DNA of 64,000 nt from Candidatus Latescibacterota bacterium (lineage in GTDB: Bacteria; Latescibacterota; UBA2968; GCA-2709665): contig CBDCOX010000002.1 in NCBI GenBank assembly GCA_965219995.1, positions 4,704,001 through 4,768,000 on the forward strand, given 5' to 3'. Position 1 is the first letter of the stretch, and each line of letters begins with the position of its first letter. Below are positions 30,274 to 40,220 of this stretch, one piece after another. Position numbers and translations under genes: made by a program. The notes below the pieces were generated by a model, which had not been told where the DNA came from, did not search any database, and saw only the letters and a list, made by a program, of their open reading frames with translations.

Positions 30274-30926
30274 TGTCCTTCCTCTCCGAGATAGGATCGT
30301 TCGATGCCGAAGATGATGCGCAGGGCCGTGGCGATCGCGCCGAGGCTCACGCCCAGCAGGATACCGCGCCGTGCGGCCAGGTTGGGAGTGGCCATCAGCC
30401 ACTGGGACACCTCGGGCAGGTGTTCCGAGATGAGCGCGCCGATGGGCACCCGGCCGAGCATGACCAGCAGGGCGGCAACAAGGAGCACAACGGCTTCGGC
30501 CGACCGGGCCCGGAAGGTGCGGTAGGCGGCTGAAGCGATAAAGAAGGCAAGCAGAGAGAACATGGTGGCGCCGCCGGCCACGTGGATGTGCGTATACATC
30601 CAGTTCAGATCCAGACCGTCTCCCGGCGCGAGCGGTTGAAGCGGCCCACTTCCGTTGTTGTAGACGGCCAGTGCGATCGTGACGATGAATCCGATGTACA
30701 CCACGGCGCTGAACGCCCATCCGGCCTGTTTGCGTCTGATCCGGTGCCAGTGCATCTGCAGCAGGCTGTGGATGCCCAGAAACAGGGCGAAGGCGGCGAT
30801 GATCCGGTACCAGGTTGAGGTTGTGATCTCAACCGGTTGGGCAACCGGGATATAGTAGGTGAAGATACCGATGACACCGGCTGCGAAAGCCACGAGCAAC
30901 GGCAGGGTGCGCTGCAGGAAATACAT
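30270..30926 (-). CDS. Uncharacterised polytopic membrane protein (GlmL-associated cluster)
   Basis: About 6 TM segments; ATMFSLLAFFIASAAYRTFRARS, PNLAARRGI, LRIIFGIER. Confidence 0.8.
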   Translation of the reverse strand: MYFLQRTLPLLVAFAAGVIGIFTYYIPVAQPVEITTSTWYRIIAAFALFLGIHSLLQMHWHRIRRKQAGWAFSAVVYIGFIVTIALAVYNNGSGPLQPLAPGDGLDLNWMYTHIHVAGGATMFSLLAFFIASAAYRTFRARSAEAVVLLVAALLVMLGRVPIGALISEHLPEVSQWLMATPNLAARRGILLGVSLGAIATALRIIFGIERSYLGEEGQ

Positions 30927-30972
30927 TCGGTTTTCTCCGGAATACGTGAACGTGGATGCCTTGCCCTCGTCG

Positions 30973-32163
30973 TCAGCTCAGCAACGGCCAGAGGCCGAAC
31001 CCGGCCAGTATCGAACCGAGCATCAGCATCAGAATGATGATTCCCTTCCCGAGGTCCTGTCCCTTCAGGCTTCCCAGAAGCTTTGGGTCTCTCGAGAGAT
31101 AGGCGCTGGCGGCGTAGAGTTCCTCCCCCATCAGCGTGTAGTCGCAGGTCGTGATGAAGAACGGAAGCTGCGTATAGGCATCGGTTGCGGCGATCTGAAT
31201 GGCGCCGGTTGTGGAGCCGGTTTCCGCCAGGAGCAGGGATTCGGCGTAGAAATAACCCATCAGGAGATTGGCAGCCGGCTTCTCCCGCACCATCAGGCCC
31301 TCCAGCGCGGCCGCATAGCTGAACTGGTCCGCGGCCGCCAGAAAGACATTGTCCGGGTTGAACGCGTCCGGCCGTCCGGCCTCGATGCAGGACTCCTTCA
31401 CCACCTCCTGGCTTACGGACATGACGATCGGGTCCCGGTTACCCACCTTGAGCTGGGTATCGTACTCCGCGGTTCGTTTCGCCACCTGCCCGAGTATATT
31501 CACGGCGGCGATGGTGGAGGGGCTGCCCATGTCCTGCAGACCGTGTACGAAAAGCACCGGCTTTCCCATTTCGGTTGCCCTGCCAAGGGCTTCGTCCAGT
31601 GCGTCCAGGCCGGCCAGCCGGCGGATATAGAGGTTCTTCCGCCGGGCGAGTCGGATGTAGACGAGGATCAGAATCGAGAAGAGCGCGGCCAACGCGAGAT
31701 TTCCGGTTTTTGTCGAATTGAAATAATTGCCGCGGGCCCGGGCCTCGACAACGGTGTAGCCCCCGCCGTGGACTCCGATGCGAATGAAATACGCCTTGCC
31801 GTTCTCGATCCTGGTCCGGTCCTGTCCTTCAGGATCCCGGTAGGACTCGATGAGGGCGAAGTGACGATTCCGGTTGTCATCGTCCGATCCGAACGTGGCG
31901 GGCTCGTCGGCCATCGTCGGCGTCGTCTTCGGGTCCAGTTCCGCAACGTGATAAAACGGGCCCTCCGCCCGTTCGGAGACATCGATGCGGTAGCGCGCGC
32001 TGTCCGGCAGGACCTCGCGACGCGGCCACGTGAGCGTGATGCTGCGCCCCTGGTCGTTGGGCGTGTCGAATGCCCGGACGCCGGCCGGCGCCGTTTCGGC
32101 TGCGCCTGCCGGTGCGGCGGCGATGACAAGAGCGAGAAGGAACATTAGATGCGCCATATGCAT
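30973..32163 (-). CDS. DUF6754-like protein with signal peptide and fibronectin-III-like N-terminus
   Basis: DTPNDQGRSITLTW; IRRLAGLDALDEALGRATEMGKP; GEELYAASAYLS; QDLGK. Confidence 0.75.
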   Translation of the reverse strand: MHMAHLMFLLALVIAAAPAGAAETAPAGVRAFDTPNDQGRSITLTWPRREVLPDSARYRIDVSERAEGPFYHVAELDPKTTPTMADEPATFGSDDDNRNRHFALIESYRDPEGQDRTRIENGKAYFIRIGVHGGGYTVVEARARGNYFNSTKTGNLALAALFSILILVYIRLARRKNLYIRRLAGLDALDEALGRATEMGKPVLFVHGLQDMGSPSTIAAVNILGQVAKRTAEYDTQLKVGNRDPIVMSVSQEVVKESCIEAGRPDAFNPDNVFLAAADQFSYAAALEGLMVREKPAANLLMGYFYAESLLLAETGSTTGAIQIAATDAYTQLPFFITTCDYTLMGEELYAASAYLSRDPKLLGSLKGQDLGKGIIILMLMLGSILAGFGLWPLLS

Positions 32164-33284
32164 TACGATTCGATCCTTTCGGCGTTTGCGCGGGGTATCA
32201 CGGCGCGTTGTCCGTCTTCGAGCTGAACTTCCAGCACGCGTACCCTGATTTCCGATTCCACGGCCGCCAGTTCGGAAGGCAGTGAAGTGACGACACCGGT
32301 TTTTCCGAAATACGGCGCGCGTATCGTACGGATCGGATCTCCAACGGAAAGGCCTTCCCGCGCCACGGATGCCTCGGCGACGGTTGAGCGGCCCGTGTCC
32401 GGGACGATGATCTCGGGACGAAGCACGCCCGCCCGGATCTGGGTTGCCCCGGATATCGAGGCTTCGTCTCCGTTTCTTTCATTCAGAATGTCGAATGTCT
32501 TTCGCGCCATGGCGATGTCGCCGAATCCTTCCGTGACCACCACCGTAAGGCCGATTTCCTCGGCGCCGGTAATGGCCACGCCGAGGTCGTAACCCAGCAG
32601 GCTCCGCAGGTCGTGGTCGCGGATGCCCCCGCCAATGAGACCTGCCGCGCCGATTTCCCGGGCTTTCCGGATCAGGTCCAGGGTGACCAGGCCGCCGGCG
32701 ATGAGGATCTTTCCGGTACACGAGGCGTCGATCCGGTCTTCCGGAAGCCGCTCGCCGGGGGTTGCGGCGAGCGTATGGATCGCACCCCAGCTCTCGCCGC
32801 CGATTCCGAAAATGCCCTGAAGAAAGGCGCCCACGGTTTCGACGACCACCCCTTCGCCCGGAATGGTTTCCACAACGACGCCGTCCACGTAGGCTTTCAC
32901 CTGTACGGGACGGGGCGGACCCCGCAGAATCACCTGGCCGGTGACCGGCGAAATGCTCTCCACGGTGCCGGTGACCGGAGACTCAACCGTGGTCTTGAAC
33001 CACCTGATGAACGGCCGGGTCTCGGCGAGAGGTTCCCCGGATTCGACCGGCTCACCCTCGTTCTTGAGCATGAAGGCGGGAAGTTCGTCGGGGGTGACGC
33101 CCAGCCTGTTGACCAGGTTCAGGGTGGTCACGTCTCCGGGCAGTTCGGTCCGGGCGACCACCCGGTCGCGCTGCACGGATTCTCCCTCTGAAACCAGCAC
33201 CTCACCGGTGAGCGGGAGCTGCCGTCTCTTTCGTATGGTTGCCCTGCGGGTGACCCGCAGTCCGGGTGTGTACGTATGCGCCAT
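32163..33284 (-). CDS. Uncharacterised soluble protein with barrel-sandwich-hybrid motifs and C-terminal KOW-like motif
   Basis: VLVSEGESV and MLKNEGEPVESGEPLA...SPVTGTV; QGIFGIGGE; TEGFG; VGDPIRTIRAPYFGKTGVV. Confidence 0.8.
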   Translation of the reverse strand: MAHTYTPGLRVTRRATIRKRRQLPLTGEVLVSEGESVQRDRVVARTELPGDVTTLNLVNRLGVTPDELPAFMLKNEGEPVESGEPLAETRPFIRWFKTTVESPVTGTVESISPVTGQVILRGPPRPVQVKAYVDGVVVETIPGEGVVVETVGAFLQGIFGIGGESWGAIHTLAATPGERLPEDRIDASCTGKILIAGGLVTLDLIRKAREIGAAGLIGGGIRDHDLRSLLGYDLGVAITGAEEIGLTVVVTEGFGDIAMARKTFDILNERNGDEASISGATQIRAGVLRPEIIVPDTGRSTVAEASVAREGLSVGDPIRTIRAPYFGKTGVVTSLPSELAAVESEIRVRVLEVQLEDGQRAVIPRANAERIES

Positions 33285-33287
33285 GGG

Positions 33288-34358
33288 TCAGACTTTCATC
33301 TTCGGATCCAGGGCGTCTCGCAGGCCGTCGCCGAGCAGATTGTACAGGGTGACGGTGATAAAGATCGCGAACCCGGGTACGATCACCAGCCACCACGCCG
33401 AAATATTGTTCCGGGCGCCGGCGAGAATCGCGCCCCAGGTGATGGCCTCGGCAGGTACCCCGATGCCCAGAAAGCTGAGGCCGGATTCGGCCAGGATGGC
33501 GCCCGCAACGCCGAACGCCGCCGGAATCAGTACGGGCGCAATCGCGTTTGGCAGAATATGGATGAACATGATCCGGCCGCTGGAATATCCCAGGCTCTTG
33601 GCCGCGGAAACAAAGTCGTAGCTCCTTACCTGCAGAAACTGCGACCGGGTGAGCCTCGCGATCCCCACCCAACCCGTAAAGCCGAGAATAATCATCACGA
33701 AGAAGAGGCTGGGGGGGAAAAACGCGGCGACCGTGATGATCAGAAAGAGGGCGGGGATGGCGGCCCAGAGCTCGAACACACGGGAGAGAATCAGATCGGT
33801 CCAACCCCCGAAGTAGCCGGCCAGCGCGCCGAGGGCAACGCCGATGATCATTGAGATCGCCACGGAGACCAGTCCGATGGTGAGCGCGTATCGGGTTCCG
33901 TGGATCAGCCCCGAGAGTACGTCCCGGCCCAGCCGATCCGTACCCAGGAAATGCGCCGCGCCCGGCGGCATGTATTTGTCTGCGAGACGGACGTCGCTGG
34001 GACCGTAGGGAACGGGCGGGAATATTGCCGATTCGGATCTCAGGCGTTTGAAGTTCTTCCTTCTTCTGAGCGGCGCCGGCCAGTCGGCCAGCCCGAGATA
34101 GACGGCGTACTGGCGAAAGGCGGGGAAATAGGTCTTGCCCCTGTACTTCATATAGTACGGTTTGTTTCCCGCCAGGAAGTCCGCGAAAACCGCCGTGAAC
34201 GCGAGAACGCCGATCGCCGCCAGGCTGAAAAGGGCCGGACGGTTCTTCCTGAACTGACGCCAGACCAGCTTCGAATAGGTCTGGCTCTCCTGTTCAGCCC
34301 CGGATTCAGTCGATGCGGCGTCGGCTTCGGCGATTTCGCCGGATGCAGCGGTTTCCAT
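33288..34358 (-). CDS. oppC: Peptide ABC transporter permease (OppC/DppC-like)
   Basis: VWRQFRKNR, HFLGTDRLGRD, HILPN, AESGLSFLG, GDGLRDALDPK. Confidence 0.93.
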   Translation of the reverse strand: METAASGEIAEADAASTESGAEQESQTYSKLVWRQFRKNRPALFSLAAIGVLAFTAVFADFLAGNKPYYMKYRGKTYFPAFRQYAVYLGLADWPAPLRRRKNFKRLRSESAIFPPVPYGPSDVRLADKYMPPGAAHFLGTDRLGRDVLSGLIHGTRYALTIGLVSVAISMIIGVALGALAGYFGGWTDLILSRVFELWAAIPALFLIITVAAFFPPSLFFVMIILGFTGWVGIARLTRSQFLQVRSYDFVSAAKSLGYSSGRIMFIHILPNAIAPVLIPAAFGVAGAILAESGLSFLGIGVPAEAITWGAILAGARNNISAWWLVIVPGFAIFITVTLYNLLGDGLRDALDPKMKV

Positions 34359-34362
34359 GGGT

Positions 34363-35664
34363 CTATCCCTGAAGGCGGGAAAATTCGATGCGCGGATCCA
34401 CAACTTTCAGGAGGATGTCCGCAAGCAGAATGCCAAGCAACGAAAGGAACGAACCGATGGTCAGAATGGCCATGACCATCGGATAGTCGCGTACGAGTAC
34501 GGATTGCACGCCCAGATATCCGAGGCCCGGAATGGTGAAAATGGTCTCGATAAAGACCGAGCCGGCGATGATGGCCGGAAGCAGATTCGCGAGGATCGTC
34601 ACGATGGGGATCAGTGAGTTGCGGAAGACGTGCCTCAGAACCACGACCTTTTCAGGCAGCCCCTTCGCCCTGGCGGTGCGTACGTAGTCCAGCCTGAGGT
34701 TTTCCAGCATGCTGGTGCGCATGAATCGGGAAAGGCCGGCGAAGCTGGCGTAGCTGGAGGCCAGTACCGGCATGGCCAGGTGGTGGGCGTGGTCCGTCAG
34801 CAGGCGCCAGAAGCCCCAGTCGGATGAGGCGTCCAGAGACTGGATGCCCGAGGCGGGAAACCAGTACAGAAAATCCTTGTTGCAGAAAAAGACAATCAGA
34901 AGCATGCCAACCCAGAATGAAGGCATGGACCACAGGATGAAGGTTCCGGTTGTGAGCGTGCGGTCGGTCCGGGTGTCCTGTTTCACGGCCAGCCAGATAC
35001 CGAGCGGAAGACCGATGACATACGCGATGATCAGGCTGATGACGTTGATTTCGATGGTGATGGGCACGCGCGCGAGGATATGGGAGATGACCGGCTGCTG
35101 GTCTTTGAAGGAACGTCCGAAATTGAGTGTGACAAAGCGCCGGTCGAAGAGATGGAAGAGCAGCAGGCCGGCGCCGGTATACTCGTAGTTGTTCTCGAGT
35201 TTGACGGTCTTGCTCTCCCAGAAAGAGGAAAGGACGAGCGCCTTTGCCTCGTCCGGGTGACGTTCCTCGAAACTGCGAAGGAACCGGGCTTTACGCGCCT
35301 CGTATTCCAGTGAGGCCAACTCGCTTCTTTCCGAGGTGTCCAGTTTCGAGAGATAGACGTCGACGCGGCGGCCCATGCGTTCGAAGTTGCTGAGCGGCTC
35401 CACGTGAAGAACCAGGCTCGACAGCCAGTTCAGGTACTGAACGTGCAGCGGCATGTCGAGGCCGAGTTGTCGGCGAAGGTCCTCGCGCGTTTTTTCGAAA
35501 TCGGACTGCCGATCCGTAGAAATGCCCTCCTCCCCCGCCATGCCGCCGAGAAAGAAGTCGACCGGGTCGCCGGGAGCGAGATGCATCACCAGGAAGGAGA
35601 TCAGGGTGATGCCGATCATGGTCGGGATCATCAGCAGGCTGCGCTGCAGGATGTACTGGATCAT
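34363..35664 (-). CDS. oppB: Peptide ABC transporter permease (OppB/DppB-like) with inserted periplasmic segment
   Basis: HLAPGDP, DYVRTARAKGL, RHVFRNSL, RDYP, DPRI. Confidence 0.93.
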   Translation of the reverse strand: MIQYILQRSLLMIPTMIGITLISFLVMHLAPGDPVDFFLGGMAGEEGISTDRQSDFEKTREDLRRQLGLDMPLHVQYLNWLSSLVLHVEPLSNFERMGRRVDVYLSKLDTSERSELASLEYEARKARFLRSFEERHPDEAKALVLSSFWESKTVKLENNYEYTGAGLLLFHLFDRRFVTLNFGRSFKDQQPVISHILARVPITIEINVISLIIAYVIGLPLGIWLAVKQDTRTDRTLTTGTFILWSMPSFWVGMLLIVFFCNKDFLYWFPASGIQSLDASSDWGFWRLLTDHAHHLAMPVLASSYASFAGLSRFMRTSMLENLRLDYVRTARAKGLPEKVVVLRHVFRNSLIPIVTILANLLPAIIAGSVFIETIFTIPGLGYLGVQSVLVRDYPMVMAILTIGSFLSLLGILLADILLKVVDPRIEFSRLQG

Positions 35665-35742
35665 CTGCCTTCAGGCCTCTCCGTGCCGACGTCTGTTCAT
35701 TCGCGATTGCAACAGGATCCGGTCGTCTCCCCTGCCCCAACC

Positions 35743-37584
35743 TTATTGGTACAACCGGTTCGAGGCGCCTACCCACCATTCCTGGGTATTCGCGCCAATG
35801 GCATACCAGTTGTCACCCGCAAAACGCCTGCTGTACGAAAAGGCGTTGCGGGACTTCCACAGAAACGTATACGGTTGCTCGTCGTGCAGGATTTCCTGGA
35901 ATCGCCGGTAAAGCTGAATTCGCTTGTCCATATCGAACTCCCTGCGGTAGGATTCCAGGATGCGGTCGACCTCCTCGTTCTTGAAGCCGATGTAGTTCGA
36001 CCCCTGCCCCTCGGACTGCGAGGAGTGCCAGATCTGATAGGAATCCGGCGGCGTACGCAGGCTTCCGGTCCACCCCAGCGTACACGCGGCAAAATCCTTT
36101 TTTCGAACGACCCGGTCCAGGAAGATGGTCCAGTCCAGTTCCCGTACCTCGCAGGCGATTCCGATGTCCTGCAGTTCGTATTGCAGCGCGAGGGCGATGT
36201 CTTTGCGGAGCTGGTTCCCCGAATTGACGAGAAATTCAAATTTGAAGGGGCGTTTCCTGCCGTCGATGACCTTGTCCAGGATGCCGTCGTTGTCGCTGTC
36301 GGCCCAGCCGGCCTCCTCCAGAAGGTCAAGCGCTCTGTCGGGATCGTAGGCATGGGGCTCCAGGCTGTGGTTGTATTCGGGCCGGAATTTGTGGATGGGG
36401 CTCTCAACGGCTTCCGCCAGACCGAACATGAGGTTCACCACCATGCTCTCACGGTCGGTGAGATACGTCATCGCTCTGCGCACGCGCTTGTCGCGAAAGA
36501 TGGGGTGCGCGTTGTTCCAGCCGATGTACACGTACCCCGAAGAATAGATTACGCTTTTCTTGAATCGCCTGATAAAATCCGGAGACCAGCTCTTGTCCTT
36601 GAACTGAAGGGGCCTGAGCCCGAAAAAGTCGATATTGCCGTTCGTGAGCTCGATAAACGCGGCCTCCTGATCATTCACGATCTTGAAGACGATCTTTTCC
36701 ACGTAGCCCTTGGGCATCAGATCGGTCCGGTCCCCTCCCCAGTAGTTGGGATTGCGTGTCAGTATCACCTTTTGCCCGGTGACCACGTCTTCGTCCCAGT
36801 CTGCCACGAGGTACGGCCCGGAACCGAGCATCTTCCGGTGGAATCCGGTGTTGAATTTCTCGGCGAACTGCTGTACTCGCTCCGCGTGGGGGCCGCTTTC
36901 CCAGGAACCGTCGATGAGACTTCCGATGTCGACGGGATCCATCAGGCCGTCGGGGTCGTAGAAGTGCTTGGCAAGAATCTCCATGCTGCCCAGGGAGATA
37001 TTGTTTCTGAAATAGGGTTCCCGGCAGACGAAACTGATTCTGTATTTGCCCTCCTGTTCAACGTCGCTGATAGCCGCGAAATAGTTTCGAAGCGAAGCCG
37101 CCAGAACTTTCGGGTTCTTGATGACCTTGATGCTGAAGAGGACGTCGTCCGCCGAGAGCGGCTTGCCGTCTGCGAAGTGGACGTCCTCGCGAAGGTCGAA
37201 CGTGTAGATGAGCTTGTCTTCCGATACCGCCGGGGGCCCTTTCGCGACCAATCCTCTGAGATTGTAAGGCGATTCGTCCTCGATGTCCAGCAGCGACTCG
37301 AAGATGTACTGGTGTACCGTGGAAGCGCCTGAGTCGTTGGAGACGTAAGGGTTGAAATTCTCCGGGTCTGAAAGAAAGTGGCGAACCATCCAGTCGCCGA
37401 ATTGAGGCTTGTCGTCGCCGGAATACATCGCAGCCACTCTCTCCGTGCCGTCCAGTACGATCGCCGGGTCCTTCCTTGTATCCATCAGCGTTTTCTGAAC
37501 CCGCTGCCAGGGCGTTTCGCCGTTGCAGGGGGCCGCAAAGAAAAAACACATGCCGAAGATTGCCAATCCGCGCCAGGGTCCCAT
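35743..37584 (-). CDS. oppA: Peptide ABC transporter substrate-binding protein (family 5)
   Basis: YTFDLREDVHFADGKPLSADDVLFS, GSGPY, RNPNYWG, FRDKRVRRAM. Confidence 0.92.
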   Translation of the reverse strand: MGPWRGLAIFGMCFFFAAPCNGETPWQRVQKTLMDTRKDPAIVLDGTERVAAMYSGDDKPQFGDWMVRHFLSDPENFNPYVSNDSGASTVHQYIFESLLDIEDESPYNLRGLVAKGPPAVSEDKLIYTFDLREDVHFADGKPLSADDVLFSIKVIKNPKVLAASLRNYFAAISDVEQEGKYRISFVCREPYFRNNISLGSMEILAKHFYDPDGLMDPVDIGSLIDGSWESGPHAERVQQFAEKFNTGFHRKMLGSGPYLVADWDEDVVTGQKVILTRNPNYWGGDRTDLMPKGYVEKIVFKIVNDQEAAFIELTNGNIDFFGLRPLQFKDKSWSPDFIRRFKKSVIYSSGYVYIGWNNAHPIFRDKRVRRAMTYLTDRESMVVNLMFGLAEAVESPIHKFRPEYNHSLEPHAYDPDRALDLLEEAGWADSDNDGILDKVIDGRKRPFKFEFLVNSGNQLRKDIALALQYELQDIGIACEVRELDWTIFLDRVVRKKDFAACTLGWTGSLRTPPDSYQIWHSSQSEGQGSNYIGFKNEEVDRILESYRREFDMDKRIQLYRRFQEILHDEQPYTFLWKSRNAFSYSRRFAGDNWYAIGANTQEWWVGASNRLYQ

Positions 37585-37607
37585 CGTTTGCCTCCTTGTG
37601 ACGCCCG

Positions 37608-39389
37608 TTAATGAGGGTAAAGGTCCAACGCCCGGTTCCAGGCGGCAACCCGCTCGACCGGATCCGCGTCCGGAAATGGAAGCGGTCGGCCGCGGCCGTC
37701 CAGTATCAGGCCGGCCACGCCGCCCTTGACCGTCCGGCGAATCGTCTGACCGGGTCCGGCGCCGGCGTCCCAGCCCGACTCGGGATGCAGGCTGACGTCT
37801 GCCTCCTGACCGGGGCCCACGTCCAACATGTGGATGGCGCCGACGTTCAGGTCGCCGGATCCGGCGCCGCCGGCCCGGGCGATTTCATACGTGGCGCAGA
37901 CTTCACCGGGTTTGCCGTCGCCGGACGGCGCAACGCACGTTCCCAGATCCACCAGGCAGTCCCGTTCGAATACCTCGGCGGCGGCCTGCTCGTTGACGCT
38001 TGTGAGCACACCCAGGTGAGGCATCATGAAGATGCTGTCGACCGCCAGCCGGGTAAATCCCTGAGGCTGGAACGCGTCGATCAGCATGGCCGCGGACTGC
38101 GCCCGCCGGGGCGCGTGAGAGAGAACGCCGCCGCTGCCCACCAGGAGGTCCAGGTCCGGCATGTGAATCAGGCTTTCGCCCGCGCCGGACTGGTCGAACG
38201 CGTCGGAAAGGGTGCGTTCCGTCTGCACGCCCTTGAGGCCCACGGCCAGGGCGCGGTGCTGGTCGAACGCGAGGCGCAACGCCTCACGTGCGATGGCCTG
38301 CTCGAGTTGCAGTTCCTCCAGGGTCTGGGGGACGGTCGTTGGGCGGATCATCTTGTTCTTGACGCGGTCCCTGAGGTCGGCCTCGTCGATTTCAAACGGC
38401 ACCCAGCGCATCACGTTCGCCAGACCGGCCTCGGCCAGCACGTTGGAGATGCTGTACGACATTCCCAGGTTGGCGCTTACGGTCCGGTTGAACGTCCCGT
38501 CAAATACACTGAAGACGTCCGTGGTCGCCCCGCCGATGTCCACGCCGACGACGTTGATGTTCCGACGGCGGGCGACCGTCTCGATCAACAGGCCGACCGC
38601 TCCGGGTGTGGGCATGATGGGCGCGCCCGTCCATTCCATCAGCTTCCTGTACCCGGGCGCCTGCGCCATCACGTGTTCAAGGAAGAGGTCGTGGATTACC
38701 TGTCGCGCCGGCCCGAGGTTTTCGCGTTCCAGCAGGGGGCGGATGTTGTCCGTGGTTTTCAGCGCGGTTTTGTCGCCCAGGACCTCGCGGACGTTTTCTC
38801 TCGCGTCCTTGTTTCCGGCAAAGATCACGGGAAGCCGGAAACCGGCGCCGAACCGCGGCCTGGGGTCTGCCGCTGCGATGAACTCGGCGAGTTCCACAAC
38901 GTGGCTTACGGTGCCGCCGTCCGTTCCCCCCGACAGAAGCACCATGTCCGGTCGCAAATGGCGGATGCGTTCGATCTTCTGGTGGGGCAGGCGGCCGTCG
39001 TTGGACGCGAGGACGTCCATCACGATGGCGCCCGCGCCAAGGGCCGCACGCTGGGCGCTTTCCCCCGTCATCGCCTGGACAACCCCGCCCACCATCATCT
39101 GGAGGCCGCCTCCGGCGCTGCTCGTGGACACATAGATGTCGACGCCGCGGCGGCCATTTGCGGGCGTGACGATGCGTTCGCCTTCCAGGATGACGCGACC
39201 GGAGAGTTCTTCAACCTCCTGTATGGCGTTGAGGACGCCCCTGGTGACGTCTTCGAACGGAGCTTCGACCGTTGTAGGCGCCTCGCCGCGGCAGGTCTGC
39301 CGGTAGCACTCTCCCTCTTTTTCTATAAGGATGGCCTTGGTGGTCGTGCTGCCGCAGTCCGTGGCGATGATGACGTCCGGCTTATCCAT
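37608..39389 (-). CDS. GlmL/MutL(glutamate-mutase-associated)-like ASKHA ATPase
   Basis: DCGSTTTK and DIGGATTD phosphate loops, SSAGGGL, GGTDGG, GSGGVL; no mutase subunits in the window. Confidence 0.85.
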   Translation of the reverse strand: MDKPDVIIATDCGSTTTKAILIEKEGECYRQTCRGEAPTTVEAPFEDVTRGVLNAIQEVEELSGRVILEGERIVTPANGRRGVDIYVSTSSAGGGLQMMVGGVVQAMTGESAQRAALGAGAIVMDVLASNDGRLPHQKIERIRHLRPDMVLLSGGTDGGTVSHVVELAEFIAAADPRPRFGAGFRLPVIFAGNKDARENVREVLGDKTALKTTDNIRPLLERENLGPARQVIHDLFLEHVMAQAPGYRKLMEWTGAPIMPTPGAVGLLIETVARRRNINVVGVDIGGATTDVFSVFDGTFNRTVSANLGMSYSISNVLAEAGLANVMRWVPFEIDEADLRDRVKNKMIRPTTVPQTLEELQLEQAIAREALRLAFDQHRALAVGLKGVQTERTLSDAFDQSGAGESLIHMPDLDLLVGSGGVLSHAPRRAQSAAMLIDAFQPQGFTRLAVDSIFMMPHLGVLTSVNEQAAAEVFERDCLVDLGTCVAPSGDGKPGEVCATYEIARAGGAGSGDLNVGAIHMLDVGPGQEADVSLHPESGWDAGAGPGQTIRRTVKGGVAGLILDGRGRPLPFPDADPVERVAAWNRALDLYPH

Positions 39390-39729
39390 TCAGTCGGTTG
39401 TCCGCCTCCACCAGAGAGTCGATCAGCGTCTGCACACTCCGGCGCTTCTCCAGAAAACGCACGAATCGATTGTATTCCACGCCTGAGAAGATAAGGTTGA
39501 CAAAGGGCGAAAGAAAAGTCAAAAACTGACTGCCTATAAAGTTGAACGGCTTGCCGGCTTCGAGTACCATCAGGGCGGGTGTGGTCATTTGCCGGCGAAC
39601 CACGAACGCCGCCATTTTCGCCGCCAGCGCACGTTCTTCCGCCGTGATGCGGTCATCCGGCGGGTCGACGGCGAAAGCGTGATCGAACCAGGTTCTAAGG
39701 CGCTGCATCCGCGAGGCGGGCTTCGACAT
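39382..39729 (-). CDS. Hypothetical protein
   Basis: Overlaps both neighbours in the same direction; LEAGKPFNFIGSQ..FLSP..FLEKR. Confidence 0.7.
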   Translation of the reverse strand: MSKPASRMQRLRTWFDHAFAVDPPDDRITAEERALAAKMAAFVVRRQMTTPALMVLEAGKPFNFIGSQFLTFLSPFVNLIFSGVEYNRFVRFLEKRRSVQTLIDSLVEADNRLNG

Positions 39730-40135
39730 AGGCGATGACCTCGTCGCGATTGTCGCGATACCGCAGGAAACAGCCCCGAAACGGATCGAGCCGGTGCGGG
39801 CGGACGAAAGGGCTTAGGAAGACGCCGTCCGGCAGGACCGCATGCCGGCGGATACGACCCCAGGGAGTTGTCCGCCGCGCGCCCAGGTGGGCGATCAGGA
39901 CGTGCTCCTGGAGGAGTGCGTATCGCGTGGGAGCAAAGTAGCGGGACATCGAGGCCGTAAGCAGTACGGCCGCCAGGAAACCGAACGCGGGCGTTTCGAA
40001 GGCGAGGGCCACGAGCACCGGCACCCCGAGTATGATCAGGACGAGCAGGGCCGTCTTTACGGGCGGCTCATGCCGGAGGGGATGGACGGTCCAGCGGAGT
40101 TCGGTGGCGGTTGAAGGGGTTCCCGTTCTGTCCAT
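39695..40135 (-). CDS. Hypothetical membrane protein (2 TM + PH-like soluble part)
   Basis: Two TM helices, YFAPTRY, GVFLSPF..RLDPFRG. Confidence 0.7.
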   Translation of the reverse strand: MDRTGTPSTATELRWTVHPLRHEPPVKTALLVLIILGVPVLVALAFETPAFGFLAAVLLTASMSRYFAPTRYALLQEHVLIAHLGARRTTPWGRIRRHAVLPDGVFLSPFVRPHRLDPFRGCFLRYRDNRDEVIAYVEARLADAAP

Positions 40136-40220
40136 GCGCGCAGGAAATCGAGGATATTGAGGACGGTGGGCCGGCCTGCTTGAGGCACGCCGGCGGGGGA
40201 TCCTCTGCCGAAACAGTTTC

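Noticed and set aside
37608-39389. Glutamate fermentation (methylaspartate pathway) or DNA mismatch repair MutL
   Set aside because: No glutamate mutase subunits or methylaspartase are nearby, and the motifs are ASKHA-type, not the GHKL ATPase of repair MutL.
35404-39494. Long + strand ORFs (642 aa and 627 aa)
   Set aside because: Antisense shadows of oppA and the GlmL-like gene, expected in GC-rich DNA; no motifs.
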